Positions 22,601-36,800 of a DNA stretch of 64,000 nt are shown here, one piece after another. This DNA comes from Takakia lepidozioides. Its lineage: Eukaryota; Plantae; Bryophyta. Below the pieces are notes generated by a model. The model was given only the letters and a program-made list of their open reading frames with translations. It made no database searches and was not told the origin of the DNA. The stretch is from NCBI GenBank assembly GCA_030704615.1, contig CM060732.1, forward strand, positions 54,250,001 to 54,314,000, read 5' to 3'. A program made the translations under genes and the position numbers. Every line of letters starts with the position of its first letter. The stretch's first letter is position 1.

Positions 22601-22695
22601 GATTGACGGGACTTAGACCAGCTCAAGCCGTCGAGACGTCAGGGGGACAGAGAGTCTCTCGATCAGTGAAGCACTTAACTTGCATCAACATTTCT

Positions 22696-23109
22696 ATGGC
22701 GGTAGACAGCTGCCAGCAGCAGCAATGGTCTGCTCGAATCCCTCCATGGTTCAAAACGTGCTGCCAGCAGCAATCCAGTAGCTGCCTTCCTACTCCAGTG
22801 CCGAGTAAACCTGGTAGTAGAATCACTCCCCGGGCTTCATCGCCTAGCAGTAATGTAGTTTTGACACAAAGACAGCAAAAGGCACCCAATTTACCTTCTT
22901 CTTCTGCTTGGGAATTTCTCGTGCTTCCTGAACCTCAGACCTGGTCAGCGACGGCGGACGAGGATTGGTTGTTTGCGCCAAAGCCCCTCCAGTCCCACTC
23001 GAAGCCAAAGGCGAAGGTGGACGATGTGCAGGTTTGGGCTAAGGCAGTTTATTTGCCATCGGTCGACATGTACGCCTTGCCGTATGTGTTTCCCGTGTTT
23101 CCCTACTGA
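22696..23109 (+). CDS. Small uncharacterised protein (137 aa) with a conserved plant C-terminal motif
   Basis: DEDWLF and QVWAKAVYLPSVDMYALPYVFP resemble the C-terminus (VWA.A..I...D.YALPYV.P) of a widespread uncharacterised plant family, from recall. TATA-like cctatatag at ~22508. In-frame ATG at 22696. Confidence 0.7.
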   Translation: MAVDSCQQQQWSARIPPWFKTCCQQQSSSCLPTPVPSKPGSRITPRASSPSSNVVLTQRQQKAPNLPSSSAWEFLVLPEPQTWSATADEDWLFAPKPLQSHSKPKAKVDDVQVWAKAVYLPSVDMYALPYVFPVFPY

Positions 23110-23641
23110 GAGATCTATTTGTCTTGCCAGGAATATATGGCAATTTTGGAGCTGTCAGAGTTCAGAGCTTTAGACGCCTGCAGCAAGTTGCCGTCCCTAG
23201 ATCACTGGGAGTTAAGGAGTTGTGGGGAGTTTCATTAAGCAGATCCCCACTCCTGAACAGATTCAACAGATTATTTATTTATTTATAAAAAGGCGACAGA
23301 CTCCAGAGGTGCTGAACTCACATTAAAAGGGCAAGGGAAATTGAACCTTGCTTAAAGCCATGAAGGAGGTTCTGTTTCACGCAGCTATTGAGATCCTCCG
23401 AAATACGGAAAGAACAAACAGCCAAATTAGGAAAATTACAGGTAGATATTAGATATCTAAATGTTTTCTGCTGAACATAGTAAAAATTGTGTTGTTTCAG
23501 ACTGCCTGGATGTAACACTCCTGGAGTTCCATTCACAGGCTCAAACTGCAGTAAACACAAGTTGTTCAAGTGTGCAATAGTAAACAAGCTTAGAAATCTA
23601 GCCTGCTACTTCATATGTAACTTCCATACAACACATTCAAA

Positions 23642-26600
23642 TCACTTCAGGATCATATCCACAGGGGCCTTAAGAAGTAGTTTTTTAAGATATCGGTACC
23701 TTGCAGTGAGCTGCAAGTGCTCACTGGGACGCAGTGAACCTGGGCAAGGTAAACTATCACCGCATCTAGAACTATACTGGTCCAGTAACAATCTGTCTTG
23801 ATCAATTGTTGTCGGAAATGATGCCAAAACTTGAAGGCATCTGAAGCTTGTCGATATTCTTGCAAGGAGACTAGGCCGAGCAGGCTTTGCCTCTGCCGAG
23901 TAGACTTTGAGAAAACTGTCCCAACAGGGATGTCCTTTCACCAGTGACCTGTTTGGCAGCTCAGTAATGTGGTCCTCCATGCACAGAAATAAACCCTTGA
24001 GCAGGATTGTCCAAGACCCCATACTGCTTCCATTATTTGCACTAACTTGCGAGTTCATACTATCTTCGCTGCTGAAATGTAGGGCTGAGTGCAACTTTGT
24101 GTCATTATCCCACACTTGAACAATGTTGGCAACTGCTGCAAAGGCTGTGAGGAGGCTGGGGTCAATGACTCCCCGTGCATATATTGTGGGCCCTGGTTGG
24201 TAAGGGATGTACTGGTATCCATAGTCTGCCCAGTGGCCGATTAGGTCCCACCAATCTTTGTTTTGGCCCACACCCCCTCCAGGAACATCCTCAAGGGCTT
24301 GCTTAACGGTTTTCCAGTGTCTCTCCCACCGCCGCCTTTTGCATAGGGCATAGGTTGCTCGGTGTTCCTTTTGATGTTCACAGCTTGAACTCCAAAGTTC
24401 TAAAAACCACCTCAAGGCGCCCTGCAAGTCTGAGAGCTTAGAATGATCCAAAACTATCCAAACCCCTAAGAAGGTGCAGCACCATTTGAACAATTCCGTT
24501 CTAAGCCCAACTTTCTTTCTCTGTATGAAGTTAGGCAGAAAACTTCCCTGAACTTGTTTCCAGTCTGTGACATGGGAGAGGCCATCATGGATGACCTCAA
24601 GGGTTTACCCACCCTCGGCACTAGACTGAAATTTAAACTCAGGGAGGGAAGCCTACCTTTGAACAGCAAAGAAAAAATAAAATATTGTTCTTCTTGTGCT
24701 GGAAATCCCAGATATTCGAACCCCTGACCTGCTCCCGCAGACCCTGGTGAGCTGCCCATACGCATCTGCATTTTTATGACTTTTATACTATATATAATGA
24801 TAACTTCCGGAACTACAGATTCCAAAAAGACTGCCGAACCTCTTCTTCAAGAAAAAATAATTATTCCGACAGAGGCTTGACGAACTGCATAGGCAAGTAC
24901 AGTACTCTTACGAGAGAGACGCCCTCTTTGAATCCATCAAGGGAACTGTGCCTAAACCTCTGTTTACCAACTTTGAAAGTCTCGAGGCTGAGCCAAAAGC
25001 CCAGGCCCTTCTGGGGCCTAGTTATTGGGCAAACCACACATTTTGATGCCTGTGTGAAAGGATTCTAGAGGATATCTTAATTGTCTGTTCCAAGGTAGGT
25101 CAGACTAACGGCGTCAGCCCCTGACAAAGGCAATTTCTGTCGCTTTGTGTTCCGCTCAAACTGAGCGCGGGGTCAATGGCCACAAGGCTACGGCAAACAA
25201 CATCTTATGAGTACATTCTCTCTCTCTCTCTCTCTCGTTCTAACCAGCCTGAATGACTACAACCGGTTGGTCACTGTAAGCTCAGGAAAATATGGAAAGT
25301 AGCTCAGCCTACCTCATAGGAATCAAAAATCTGGGCAGAGTCAAATGGATTGTTGACGAGCACAAAACCTGAAAAAGAAATGATGTTATTGACCACACTG
25401 AACATCACCACTGAGCAATGAAGTAGCACACATGGTATCAACACTTGCTAGTATGGTCAATGCCAATGTGGGCCTTCATCTCCCACAAAGGATACCATCA
25501 TCTCTATCTGTCCTAATCTGTGTCTCTGACAGCCCAAGGAAAAACTCTGGACTGCCCAGGATCAAAAATATTCAGAGAGGTACAATCCATCACTGAAGCG
25601 GGCTTTCACACTGGTCGCAGCCACTGTTTTGGAGCTCCCACTCACTCCTTCCCCGATAGTTGTTTCAGGTCTATGGCACAAGGCTACAGATGTCTCACAA
25701 AATGGGTTATCAGCTCGTCACTCTTTCTGAGGGTGTCACGAGCTGGTCAAAACTGAGAGCAGACAGACAATGTTGTCTGATCGCCACAAACCAACAGCTA
25801 ACATGCACCTGCAAGTTTAACAATGTACTATATCCACCCATCATACCATAGTAAAGAAAAAGGTTGTCATTAGATCGAGGGCCAAATGATGCAAAAAGTT
25901 GCTGCCCCTTCTTGATCTGACGCTTTGCAATGATCTCAAGCTTGCCATCCCAAATGGGTTGTGAGATCCAGTCGGCCTGCCATCAACCACAATACATAGA
26001 CATGTAATGAACATGTCAGCTTGCAAATTTAGATAGGGGAAAGTAGCACCCCATTTAGGACACACTAACAAAAAAGATACCAATCAGACCTCACCTAGAG
26101 CTACCTTCGCCGTGCCACCTAAATTATTTAATGGGATGCTTGATACATTGTCAAACTTCAGCAGATAATTTCCCAGCTATACCACAAGAAGGGGAGAGTG
26201 GTATAGTGAAGGGGCAAAAATAGTAGGTGGGAGGCACCTGATACTGATAATGATGGTTGATTATATCCATGTAAGGCATCATCACGTATGGTGCATACTG
26301 CTCATCCTCTTTCACAGGGAGAGTAAAGGCTCGACTGTGGACCATCATGGCTGCCCACTCTGCAGTACACCGGATGAAAGACAATGCTCTTAGAATATCT
26401 GTTGAGGGCAGAGAGAGAGGTGAACGATGAATAGCTGTCGTTTTGTGTTGCAAATACCAAGGAATTGACAACATTAGGAGGACTACTACATCTTTCATTA
26501 AACACTGAGAATAGTGATGATAGCACAGCTGCCCTGCTATTTTGATGTTCTTCAAAGACCAACTTGAGCATCTATCAACTACATTTTGGTCACCTCCACT

Positions 26601-29600
26601 TCTGTGACCTGAAAAGAAATGGCTCTTTCTCTTCTTTGGGATTAAAAAACAAAGGAATATTGACGTACTGTACTCTTCAAAATCTGCCCATGCCACATCG
26701 GCCCTCTTTAACAAGGCAAAACTCTCTCTGATAGATTTTCGCACTTGGACCAGCTCCCGGATTAAGGGCCACCACTGCACCTCCTCCATCTCCTGCTTGA
26801 AACACAAGACAAAAAATAGGTAGGTACACCCTGAACAGGGGTTCTAGCAAAATAGGCCACTTCACTCTCTGATGAGATGAATATTTCAACTTACTTCAAG
26901 TTAGGGACATTAGATCCAACATGTAAATGCGGCCTACAACAAAGCACTGATCATGATGACATCTGTTTGTAACATCCACAACACAAAACTTACATGGGCC
27001 TCAAGAAAAATCGGAGATGACATTTGAGTGGGAAGAACTGCAATATATGGAGCCCAGCTTGAGCTATTCCCTTTGGCCCTGCACAACAAAATATCTGTGT
27101 GAATCAAAATCATCCTAAGAAAAGGGTAGAAATCTGAGCCAAAGAGCAATACACTAAACCCCCTGACTGTATCCTACAGGATGCATCAGCACAAACTTGC
27201 CAGTATGGCAATCCGACAAATTTCCAATAACTACAAATATGAAGGAAAATAGCACTAGCAATAAAAGATGGTACATACTTCTCTCGTAGCAGTCGAGCAG
27301 CTGCTCGATCCCATCCGTCAACTTCACTGGCAATAGCTGTCTCATTATCGTAAAGACCCATGTTTAACTATAAGATGGGAGACAAGAACTGTAGTGTCAA
27401 AAGCCACCATCATCTGAGTCTCAATAGCTCCAACTTGAAGTAGGTTCATTAAAGCCAGAGAGGAACAATGCTATCATTTGAACACATGACAGTGTAATTT
27501 TCTTTGTTTGGCTGATGACAGGAAGAAAAGTACCGGCAAGTTGCAAAGAGTCTCGCCCTGCTGTATGGTTTTCAAGGCCACCACTCCACGCACTAAGTCT
27601 CCATCTTGGAGAAGGATCTGCTCCCCCTCTCCAGCACTGATGTAGGTGACAGCCAGTTTTCCTGAGATTGTGAAGTCTTTTCCTTTACACCAGTTCAAGA
27701 ACTAAAGCAGATGTCAGAAAATTGCAGGTCAAGTTTTGCTCAGAGCAAGCTACGTGATAATTGGAGATGCCACGAGCCACCATTATGCAGAACTCTGAAA
27801 TATAGTGTGGGCATTGCAGCTTCAAGCATACCTCTTCAACAGTTGTATTACCAATGTTTGGACCAACAATCTCATTTACTGCCGGGACACTCTCCTCAGA
27901 TTTAGAACTGCTGCAAGAAAGCCTAGAAGTGAATTGCTGAAGGAGAGTCTTGCGAGAAGACCGATACTGCACAGCAAGGTTGTCATTGAAGCTCATTTCC
28001 TCAATCTGCCATCGACAAGAAGCACAAGCTGACTGGCTTACACCCGTGCCACTGAAACCTTCCCACAAGGCTGCACCTGAAAGAGAATCATCTTCCTCTA
28101 ATGTAGTTGAGAAAGAGTCCAACAGACTTTGCAAGCGCCAGCGCACAGCTTCAACTGCCAAGGAAACAGCCTTCCTGAAGTTGGAGTTCACGAGCAGAAC
28201 AGTGTCACAGCTCAACGGGTGCAATGCATCACGGGCAGAAAACTCCTTCACTAAAAGATCCAATTTTTTTGCCCAGGGTGTGCTTATTCTTATGTCCATA
28301 TCATAGGTCGTTATACTGTCCTGATGTACATCCCCGTCTCCATTAATCTCCAGTAATTCCTTGGCATAAGAGAGAGTTGTAAAGATACAGACAATGCGAG
28401 GGTCCATGTGGCCGTCAGCAGATAAAAAAAAATCTGCCTCTCCTGTGTTTCGGTTCTCTGAGGAGGTTGCATTTACATCCAGAAGCTGAGATGCCAGCAC
28501 ATCCTTCGCGTCACGTGCAAGCTTCAAGGTCAAATATTTGTTGTTATTGACAGCTCCATAAGTCGAGACATACCAGTCCACCAGATCCTACCCCACACAG
28601 CAAGCACAATACACCTAATTAGTGACCAGACGTACATTGGGTAACCCTGACAAACATGGACAGAAATCACATGTGCCAAGGACAGAAAATTTTGTGCACA
28701 ATTGGGCTGCATGCCATTAGTCTGTTTTATAAAATAATGATCAAGCTTCTCGCACTGTCATAAATGATAAACAGCAGGTCCTCCAGAGATATACCAACAG
28801 ATTTGTGAAAAGCTGTACTCGAATATTTGGATTGCTTGGAACCAGTCCTGTCACATCCATGAGCATTTAGGTGATATCCAGTACAGTGCCCAATTTACTT
28901 CAAAAACAGTACCATGACATTTCCAGAGGCACAAGCTTTCCACAGGCAAAGTTTGAAGAGACAAGGCCACTGCAGATAAATGTAAACCGAACAAGCCTAT
29001 CCAATCTCTAAGCAACATTCTTCCCAGTATACAGGGTTTCTGTAAACAAATATATTCTTCAAAATATTTTCTCGTAGGGGGAAACAATAGTTGTCAGTGG
29101 TGAGTTTTCTACTTCTCTGAAGTATGAAAATTGAAACAATTGGTGAACAAGTCCCATTCTTACCACGAAACAAGAAGAGATCAATGGCAGTGCTTGAGCC
29201 AAATGCAGCAGATAGAAACATTCCCTTTGTGGCTTTTCCCTTCGTTACAAGACGAATATGTCCATTCACATACACTGCATCAACTGGGGACGTACCAGGA
29301 AATGGAATGCTCAAGAGTCAGCAGAAAAAATCTGGGGCCATGGGGAGGCGGCTTGCAAGTCACAGGAAGCCCAACATAGACAGACCAGTAATCAGCCACC
29401 TAAAACAGTACTGCATACATGCGCATTGCTTCGATCAGTGAGGAGCAGCGCGTCAGAGACTTTTATGCAAAATCCAACAAAAACATCAGATTCTCCAAAA
29501 GCCTCCAAACATAGTCCTGTGCATAGATTGTATACCTTTTGCATGGGGCTCAACCAGTGAGCTCTGGAAAGGTATGATAAGGTGTGTAGAGAAGTCCCCT

Positions 29601-32600
29601 TGTGCTATGTGGCATGCTGAGCTGTATACTATGGCCAAAGCCCAAGCTGCAGGGATTGACAACAAGACCATCGGGCTCCTTAACACACTACTTTGCTTCT
29701 GTAAAAATAAAACAGCTTCCATTCGGCATAAATGTTCCAAGGTCTCGACAACAAGAACCCCTCTACCACCGGTTCACACAGAATTGGTGTACAAGTTAGT
29801 ATCCACAAAATAGAGGCTGTCTTTTCGTTATGAAAATATAAAGTTGTTCCCATTGCAGTTTATTTGTTGGATAACAAATAACAACCTTACCAAACTCAGT
29901 AAACTTTGCCCCTCCAGTTTCTTCAGTCCTGAGGGCATTAAATGCTGCTTCTACAAATCTCCTCATGTTGTGGACTTCATGGATCACCAAGACATCTTGA
30001 ATGTTCTTCAACTCCTGCACCAGTTAACATTTGCATGGGAGTGGCACAAAATAGGGGATGACACAGCAAAGAATACATATCAATCTTCAAGATGACCTAA
30101 TTGCAAGTACAGTTGACCATGACAGGCCTACTTGTCAGAACTTACTGGAGTAACTGTGCCCCAAAATGTGTGTTCCCATATGAAGAGGTGACAGTTGAAG
30201 CTCTTAGTTGAGTAATGCAAGCAATTTTTATCATTGCAAGGTTGAATGAGTACTCCTGGCTGTCAGACTACCTGCTGTGCCCCGATCTCTCTGTGTCTCT
30301 CCCAAAGCAGCAAGATACAAAATAGATAAGGAAATGGTAATGGTATTTACAAGTTCTGAGAAAAACAGAGGCAGAAATACGAAATCAGGTAGCAGTTTCA
30401 TGTAGGGTGCCCAGCCTGAAACTGAGCCTTTAAACCTGTACCACAGAAAATAACTGTTCTTAGTGACCGTAGACTCACAACAGTCCAGTCCAGTCCAGTC
30501 CATGATATGTAATGCTGCACAGTAAGTTCAGCATAAATCCCTCAATGGCATCAATACATTATGTAATGTATTGAAAATAGCTTAATGAAGATCCAAATGT
30601 GTAGTTATGACTTGTTAAGTGCCGACTATTTGATGATTTATGGAAACAAAAGGAACCAATACTATTACAAATGTGTTGAGTGTATATTGACAAAGACTGG
30701 CATTGTCATCAGATGCTGCGATAAATTATCCAAAAAACTTCCAGACCAAAAACATCAATAGAGATTCCCACAAGCTAACACTCGAATTCAGACATACTCG
30801 GTTAGCACCATTGAAATGCCTCATGTAGGTATGCTCAGCACTTCTTGGTAGAGAGAAGAAATACCCCAAGGGAGACACAAGCCAATGGGACAACGAAGGA
30901 CAATAGGAGAAACCGAAAGAGCATAGCAAAGAAACCACAGGTGATGGGGTTCCTGATGCAGATAAATCCTAAGCACTTACAGAAGTGAAGATAGGTGTTG
31001 AGAGAAGAGGGGATGTAGTATTAAATGGGAGTGGGAAAGCAGGTTACTTATATGGATTAAAGTAGAAAACCTTGAGGCAAGGAAGTTGCTACCATCAGTC
31101 AAAGATGAGAAGTATGCCTTTCGCGAAGAAGTTTGGTGGCAAGCCGAACCTCCCATGGAGCCCCTTGCAGTGACATAGTGCCCTCAGCAGTTGATGCATC
31201 AGATAGGCACAAGTCCAGCTGCCAGTCGAAATTTATGACGAACATCAAGACAATTCAATGATATCGAAAGAGTTCATACAATTTCTTGCATGACATTTTT
31301 GGACTAGTACTTGGAGCTTCAATATATGTAAGGAGGGAGGGAGGGAGAGGAGTGGTGTGGTGTCGAAGATGATGCTCTGATCAAAAAGGAGCTGGTGATT
31401 GTAAACCTTGCCCTCCCCTTATCTCCAAGTGCAACTCAAAGAGAAGTTTTAGGCACTGCTTGTGCATGCCATACAACCTTAGTCTCAATGCATACAGGCA
31501 GAATAAGTATCCTGTTCTTACCGGGAATTCTATGAGTGTCTCTCCTTCTCTCAAACTTTGCTCAACAATCCAGGTCAGATGCAGGCTGCTCTCTGTGCCA
31601 ACAATCCAAGAAATGATCCCACGTCAACTAGATGCATAAATGGGTGATTGACCAATGTCCAAAAGATTTGCATTCATCTTGTGGTTCTCAGGTTCTTATG
31701 CATCAATCTGTACTTTCATCAATAGAAGCATCCAAAAGGACACAAAAACCCCACCAAAAATAACTCCTGTTATGGATGTCACAAACACACCTTCGGACTT
31801 AAAGCCTGGCATTTCCATGGGGACGATTGAAAGCTTTTGAGAAGGCATTGTCTTGCTGCCTTCATCTCCATGGATCCATCTCACAAACTGCAAAAGTTGA
31901 AGTGCACTATGATGAAATACAGCTTTCCTGGAGAGCAACAGTCACAGAATAACTGGAAAAGTTCACTCAGGCTGCAAGGTCTCAACACAAAATGTAGAGA
32001 GGGGATAGAAGGCAGAAGTAGTGTTGGACCAAGAGAAAGAGCACCCCTTAAAAAGAACTGGCAGAGTTTTGGCAAGAGAAGACTGACAAACCGCTTCTGA
32101 TGCCGAGGCAACCATATCTACATTGATGGGGACTTCATTGGTTGGAAATGCTGTAACCCTCCCCAATTTTGACCACCGTCGTGAGCTAATCGTTGGAACA
32201 GTTTGATGCTTGAGCTGACTGGTCAGCCAGGTCTTGGCAGCCTCCCCCCTATGGGAATAATCCTGCAAAACCACATACACATGCTTTGAATGTACAGTAA
32301 AAATGTGGACTGTATAAGAACATGCAAGCTGTAGAGACGGTGTAAAGTGAAATAGATACAGGGCCTCATTGGTTCTATTTGATTATGAGAAACAAAACCG
32401 TTATTATAACCTAGTTTTGACAAACGAGAGGCTGGTTCACAAACAGGCAATAATCACCTCTCTCGGTGCTAGATTTCAGAAGGAACAACAAACACGCTCC
32501 TGATCTGTTGAGTAGACTGCTTTGTAACAAAGCTGTAAAGCAAGCAATCTTACACAAATGGATTCCGCTTTTTGTGCCAACAGCCTTGGAAAGTTTGCAG

Positions 32601-33396
32601 TTTACAGAATCTTGATGAGATTTGGGAATATTTTGGCCTCTTCATTTGATTTAGATGATACAACAATCCTAGATATTTTTCTAGCTGAGGTGGAGTCTGG
32701 AGTCGTACTGTTCATCTAGTACCTATCTGACACAATTTGATGTGAAATAAAGCCTAGAAGAAACATTGAAATTCTTGTGGACATGTCCGCCATTGGCGCG
32801 TCAGGGAGTTCCATGTGCACTGGCAGAACCAGCGCTTCTAGGGCGAGCTTTCTGTTTACAGGTAGCCCCTGCCAGAAATTCAAAGGAACATAACCGACGC
32901 TTACACCTAATGTGGCTAAATCTCTTCTATGTATGTGCAGCGAGCTGCTCAGTTTCAACCATCGCGATATCCAACATTGTGGGTAGAGTGTGCATGGCCG
33001 CACGAAGGGTCTTCCCAGCTAGTTGATATTGAGACTCTGGTAAGTGCCTGAACTAAATGCAACCATCAGATCAGATCGTCACTCCCACCACTACTCCAAC
33101 AAATTGCTTACACTCCCGGCACAGTGGGAGCTGGAACCCCTCGTGGAGACTGCACAATCTTCACTCGTGATGGTGAATACGGAGCCATAATAGCCCGTTA
33201 TCAGCTTCTGTAAAAAAACTTCTGTCAAAATACTAGTTGAGCGGATCAAAGGGCAGGGACGAACTGGAAGGTCACATATGGTGGAGGCCGAGGTAGAACA
33301 GGCAACCAGCAGCAACAAGGCGAGAGAAAAACAGACGGAGGCGCCAGGCTTAGTTGTCTCCCTGGAAAGCCGCTCCCCTCTGGCCATGATATTCAT
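23642..33396 (-). CDS. Large multi-exon protein with two tandem Rubisco-LSMT/SETD3-type SET + substrate-binding modules and a hydrophobic N-terminus
   Basis: Module 2 exons: RGVVALKTIQQGETLCNLP | LLREK | SSWAPYIAVLP | WAAMMVHSRAF...MPYMDIINHH | IKKGQQLFASFGPRSNDNLFLYYG | FVLVNNPFD | FPTTIDQD...ARYRYLKK. Module 1 exons: EGETLIEFP | LLRER | SGWAPYMKLLP | WALAIVYSSA | FLSAAFG...LFLFRG | FSTTLEED...VQYRSSRK. Exact 5' exon structure is uncertain. Confidence 0.8.
24505..25235 (+). mobile_element. 5'-truncated non-LTR retrotransposon 3' fragment (copy A) in a SET-gene intron, internally interrupted
   Basis: Homologous to 35650-36250 and 37396-37897. Ends GGCTACGGCAAAC...TGAGTACAT(TC)n. Possible TSD CGTTCTAA at 24497-24504 and 25236-25243. 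Confidence 0.7.
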
Positions 33397-33812
33397 GTAG
33401 AGGCTTAAGTGCGACTTTTGAACTCACAAACTGCAAAAGTTGAAGAACACTCTGATGAAATACAGCATTCCTGAAGAGCAACCGTCACAGAGTAACTGGA
33501 AAAGCTCACTCAGGCTGCAATGTCTCAACACAAAATGTAGAGAGGGGATAGAAGGCAGAAGTGGTGTTGGACCAAGAAAGAGGACCCCTTGCATAGAACT
33601 GGCAGAATTTTGGGCAAGAGGAGACTGAGAACACTGTACCGTTTTAGGGACGAAAGAAGACGAGAAAACTTTCGTCCGACGATGAAGAAGTTCGCTGGAT
33701 GTTCCCCAATTAGGGCTTAGGGTGTGGGCGGAGCTTCTCACTTATCGAGGGCAAGCTGGTGGGGAGGGGAGAGGGCGCTCCAGGGATTGTTGTGCCAGGC
33801 ATTGGAGACTGG

Positions 33813-36800
33813 ATGATGGCGACCTTTGGAACCATCACGGATACTCAGCAGCACAACCCGAATAAGTCGTTTGAGGTTAAATTTGCTTAGCGCCACTCTT
33901 GGAAATAGTAAATAGCATTCTGCTTGCGAAGGGAGTAGTAACTCATAGGCTTAACCCTGACAATTGCACCTTCTGGACCCGAATTTCAAGAGCTGTGATC
34001 TTCAAGTGTGAGTTTTTTTTCAGGTTGTGTCACCCCCGAGCGACAGCATATCGAGTTTGAGTTTCAGTACAAAGGCCAACTACCTTGTTGCTTCATCTTG
34101 GGACAATCAGGTCACATCCCCTTGCAACCCTCTTGCTGATAAGGGAAATTGATACAAATTGAAGGAACATAGACAAAAGTGCGGCTCCTCCAGGTGGACT
34201 CCTAGTGGTGTGCTGAAAATTGAGGAAGGTGGACTTGCAGGTACGGTGCTGGGAGATTCAATCAAATGGAAATAGTATTCCCAAGGCAGCGATCTCTCAT
34301 GATCAGCCAGTGAGTTTTTTTGCTTTCCATGTTGATTTGTTTCTGTATATGCTGCTAGTTTGTCAGATCTGAGGCATTTGATTCTGTTTGCTGTAGCCAC
34401 TGATGGTATCCTTATTCTGGTCTGCTGATGACAACCCTCACTGACTCTTACAGGGTGCCAGTGGAGCCCAGCAGTTGCAAATGAGAATGGAGTAACAGGT
34501 TAAGAATGCATGCTGTGCAGGTACTATGCACTGCATGGAAGGACGATGGCAGCACTGTGTTTTCAGCAGGGTGTGACAAGCAGGCTAAGATGTGGCCCAT
34601 ACTGTCAGGTGGGCAGCCGGTGACTGTGGGGATACATGATGCCCCCATCAAGGACATATCCTGGATTCCTGAAATGAACCTACTGGTGACCGGGAGCTGG
34701 GACAAAACTCTCAAGTATGTTATTTTCACCAGAATTACTTTCTTTACTATGAGAGCGTGGGAGATTCCACTGACTATTCCCTGAAACCCAGTCTCTCACT
34801 GAAGTCAAGAGTTGAGTAAGGTTGATCTCTCCCATACCGAGTGCGAACTACAGATCCTGTATATCACATTTGGCTTATTATCTGACAAAGGGCTGAAGTG
34901 GAACAAAATGCCCAAAACCCCAAAACCCTGCTTCAACCCTGCTTCATCCTTAATAATGCATGTCGCTGAGGCTGTAGGTTGGAGCAAAAATACCTCGGAT
35001 ATTACACAGAAATATTTCAGGCGCCTTTCTAATCCAAGTGAAGTTGCATTAACATGAATCAGCATGGGAAAATGAGACATGGTTTGGTTTCACAAAAAAA
35101 TCCAGACAAAGAGTGAGAAAGAGAGTGGAGTGGGGATGCTGATGACATTCTGGAAGGAAAAGGTGGCTAAGAGCTTGTCGGAGTAACATAGCCTAAGATG
35201 GTGGGACATGTTACTCAGAAATCATTTAGAAATAATTCGGCACCGATTGTGGCCCGTTCATTATGAGGATCAGAAATGCTTGGCAGCTTTTCTGCACGAA
35301 GCTTTGCCCCTTGGGCAATCCCTTGAGCAGTAGTTACTTTTGGGCTGCTTCTGGCTCTGTCTTTCTTTCTTGTTTCTTGCTTTCCTTTTGTCTCATAAGC
35401 TCTTTGAGCTTTCTGCGGACGTTATAAAGTTCCATTTCATTTGCGGTTAACGATCCAGTAATCTAACTAACAGGGTGGTGGGGTATGTGCAGGTACTGGG
35501 ACCTACGGCAGCAGACTCCAGCACACACACAACAATTGCCAGAGCGCTGTTATGCAATGAGTGTGCGCCACCCACTCATGGTTGTGGCCACTGCAGATCG
35601 GAACATCGTTGTCTACAATCTTGCCAGCCCTCAGGTAAGCAACTAGAGTAGAGAGAGCATGTACTCATCACATGACTTTGTTTGCCGTAGCCTTGTCGCC
35701 ATAGACCCCTCGGCCAGCTTGGACAGAAACTAGGATAGAGAGAGAGATGTACTCAAGACTTTGTTTGCCGTAGCCTCGTGGCCATAGAACCCACACCCAG
35801 TTTGATTGGAAACAGAGGGAATAGACAATAGACACCACCTTTGTGAGTGACTCACTCCAGTAGTGGGACTTACCTTGATATATACGATTAGTTCTGGCTT
35901 TCCAGATATCCTCTAGATAGCTGTTCACGCAATCTGCTTTGTGTGATCCCAAAAGTTAGATCTCAACAGGGCCAGGGCCTTGGGCTCAGCCTCGAGATTT
36001 TGCTGGTGAACAGAGGTGCAGGAACCATGTTCTTGATGTTCCTGAAGAGGGTAACTCTCTGGTGAGAATACCCCAGAGAATATATCAGGAAATGGATATT
36101 GTCTTCACGTTGCCTGCACATTGGGCAATTACAATCTCCTTTTCCTCTCTGCGTCTGTTTATTGTTCAAAGATAGGCTTCCTGTCCCCAAGTTTAAATTT
36201 CAGTCTATTGCTGAGGGTAGGTGGGCCCTTCAGATCATCCTTAAGGTCCTAGAGAGAGATAAACCGAGAGTTGAATCTAGTAGACTGAAACTTGTCATAA
36301 TCTTGCAATCATATGGCTTGTGGTGATGGGTGTGTGTTGTAAGGTAAGCAAGGAAGTAGGGAACTGGGGTTCATTGATTGGTTGAGATGTTTTCTTGTTG
36401 ATGAGGCAGACGGAGTTCAAAAGGATACAATCACCCTTGAAATACCAAACACGCTGTGTTACGACATTTCCGGACAAACAAGGATTTCTGGTACGTCCTC
36501 ATGAGTTGGAACGAGTTGTCCTTCATGCAGAACTGCAAGTGTTTCAACTCTAGTAATCTATGATCACATAGTGTATGGAACTTCCATGCCGTAAGAGTGT
36601 ACGGTTTTGGCATTGCTTAATAGACATGGATACAAAACAGTTAGTATCTGTGGCTTATGGGAATGCGATGCTTCTATGCTGTGGACATGGTAGGTGGGCT
36701 CCATTGAAGGAAGAGTTGCAGTCCAGCATATTGATGAGGCACAGCAAGCAAAAAATTTCACCTTCAAGTGCCACAGGGATAACAGTGATATCTATGCTGT

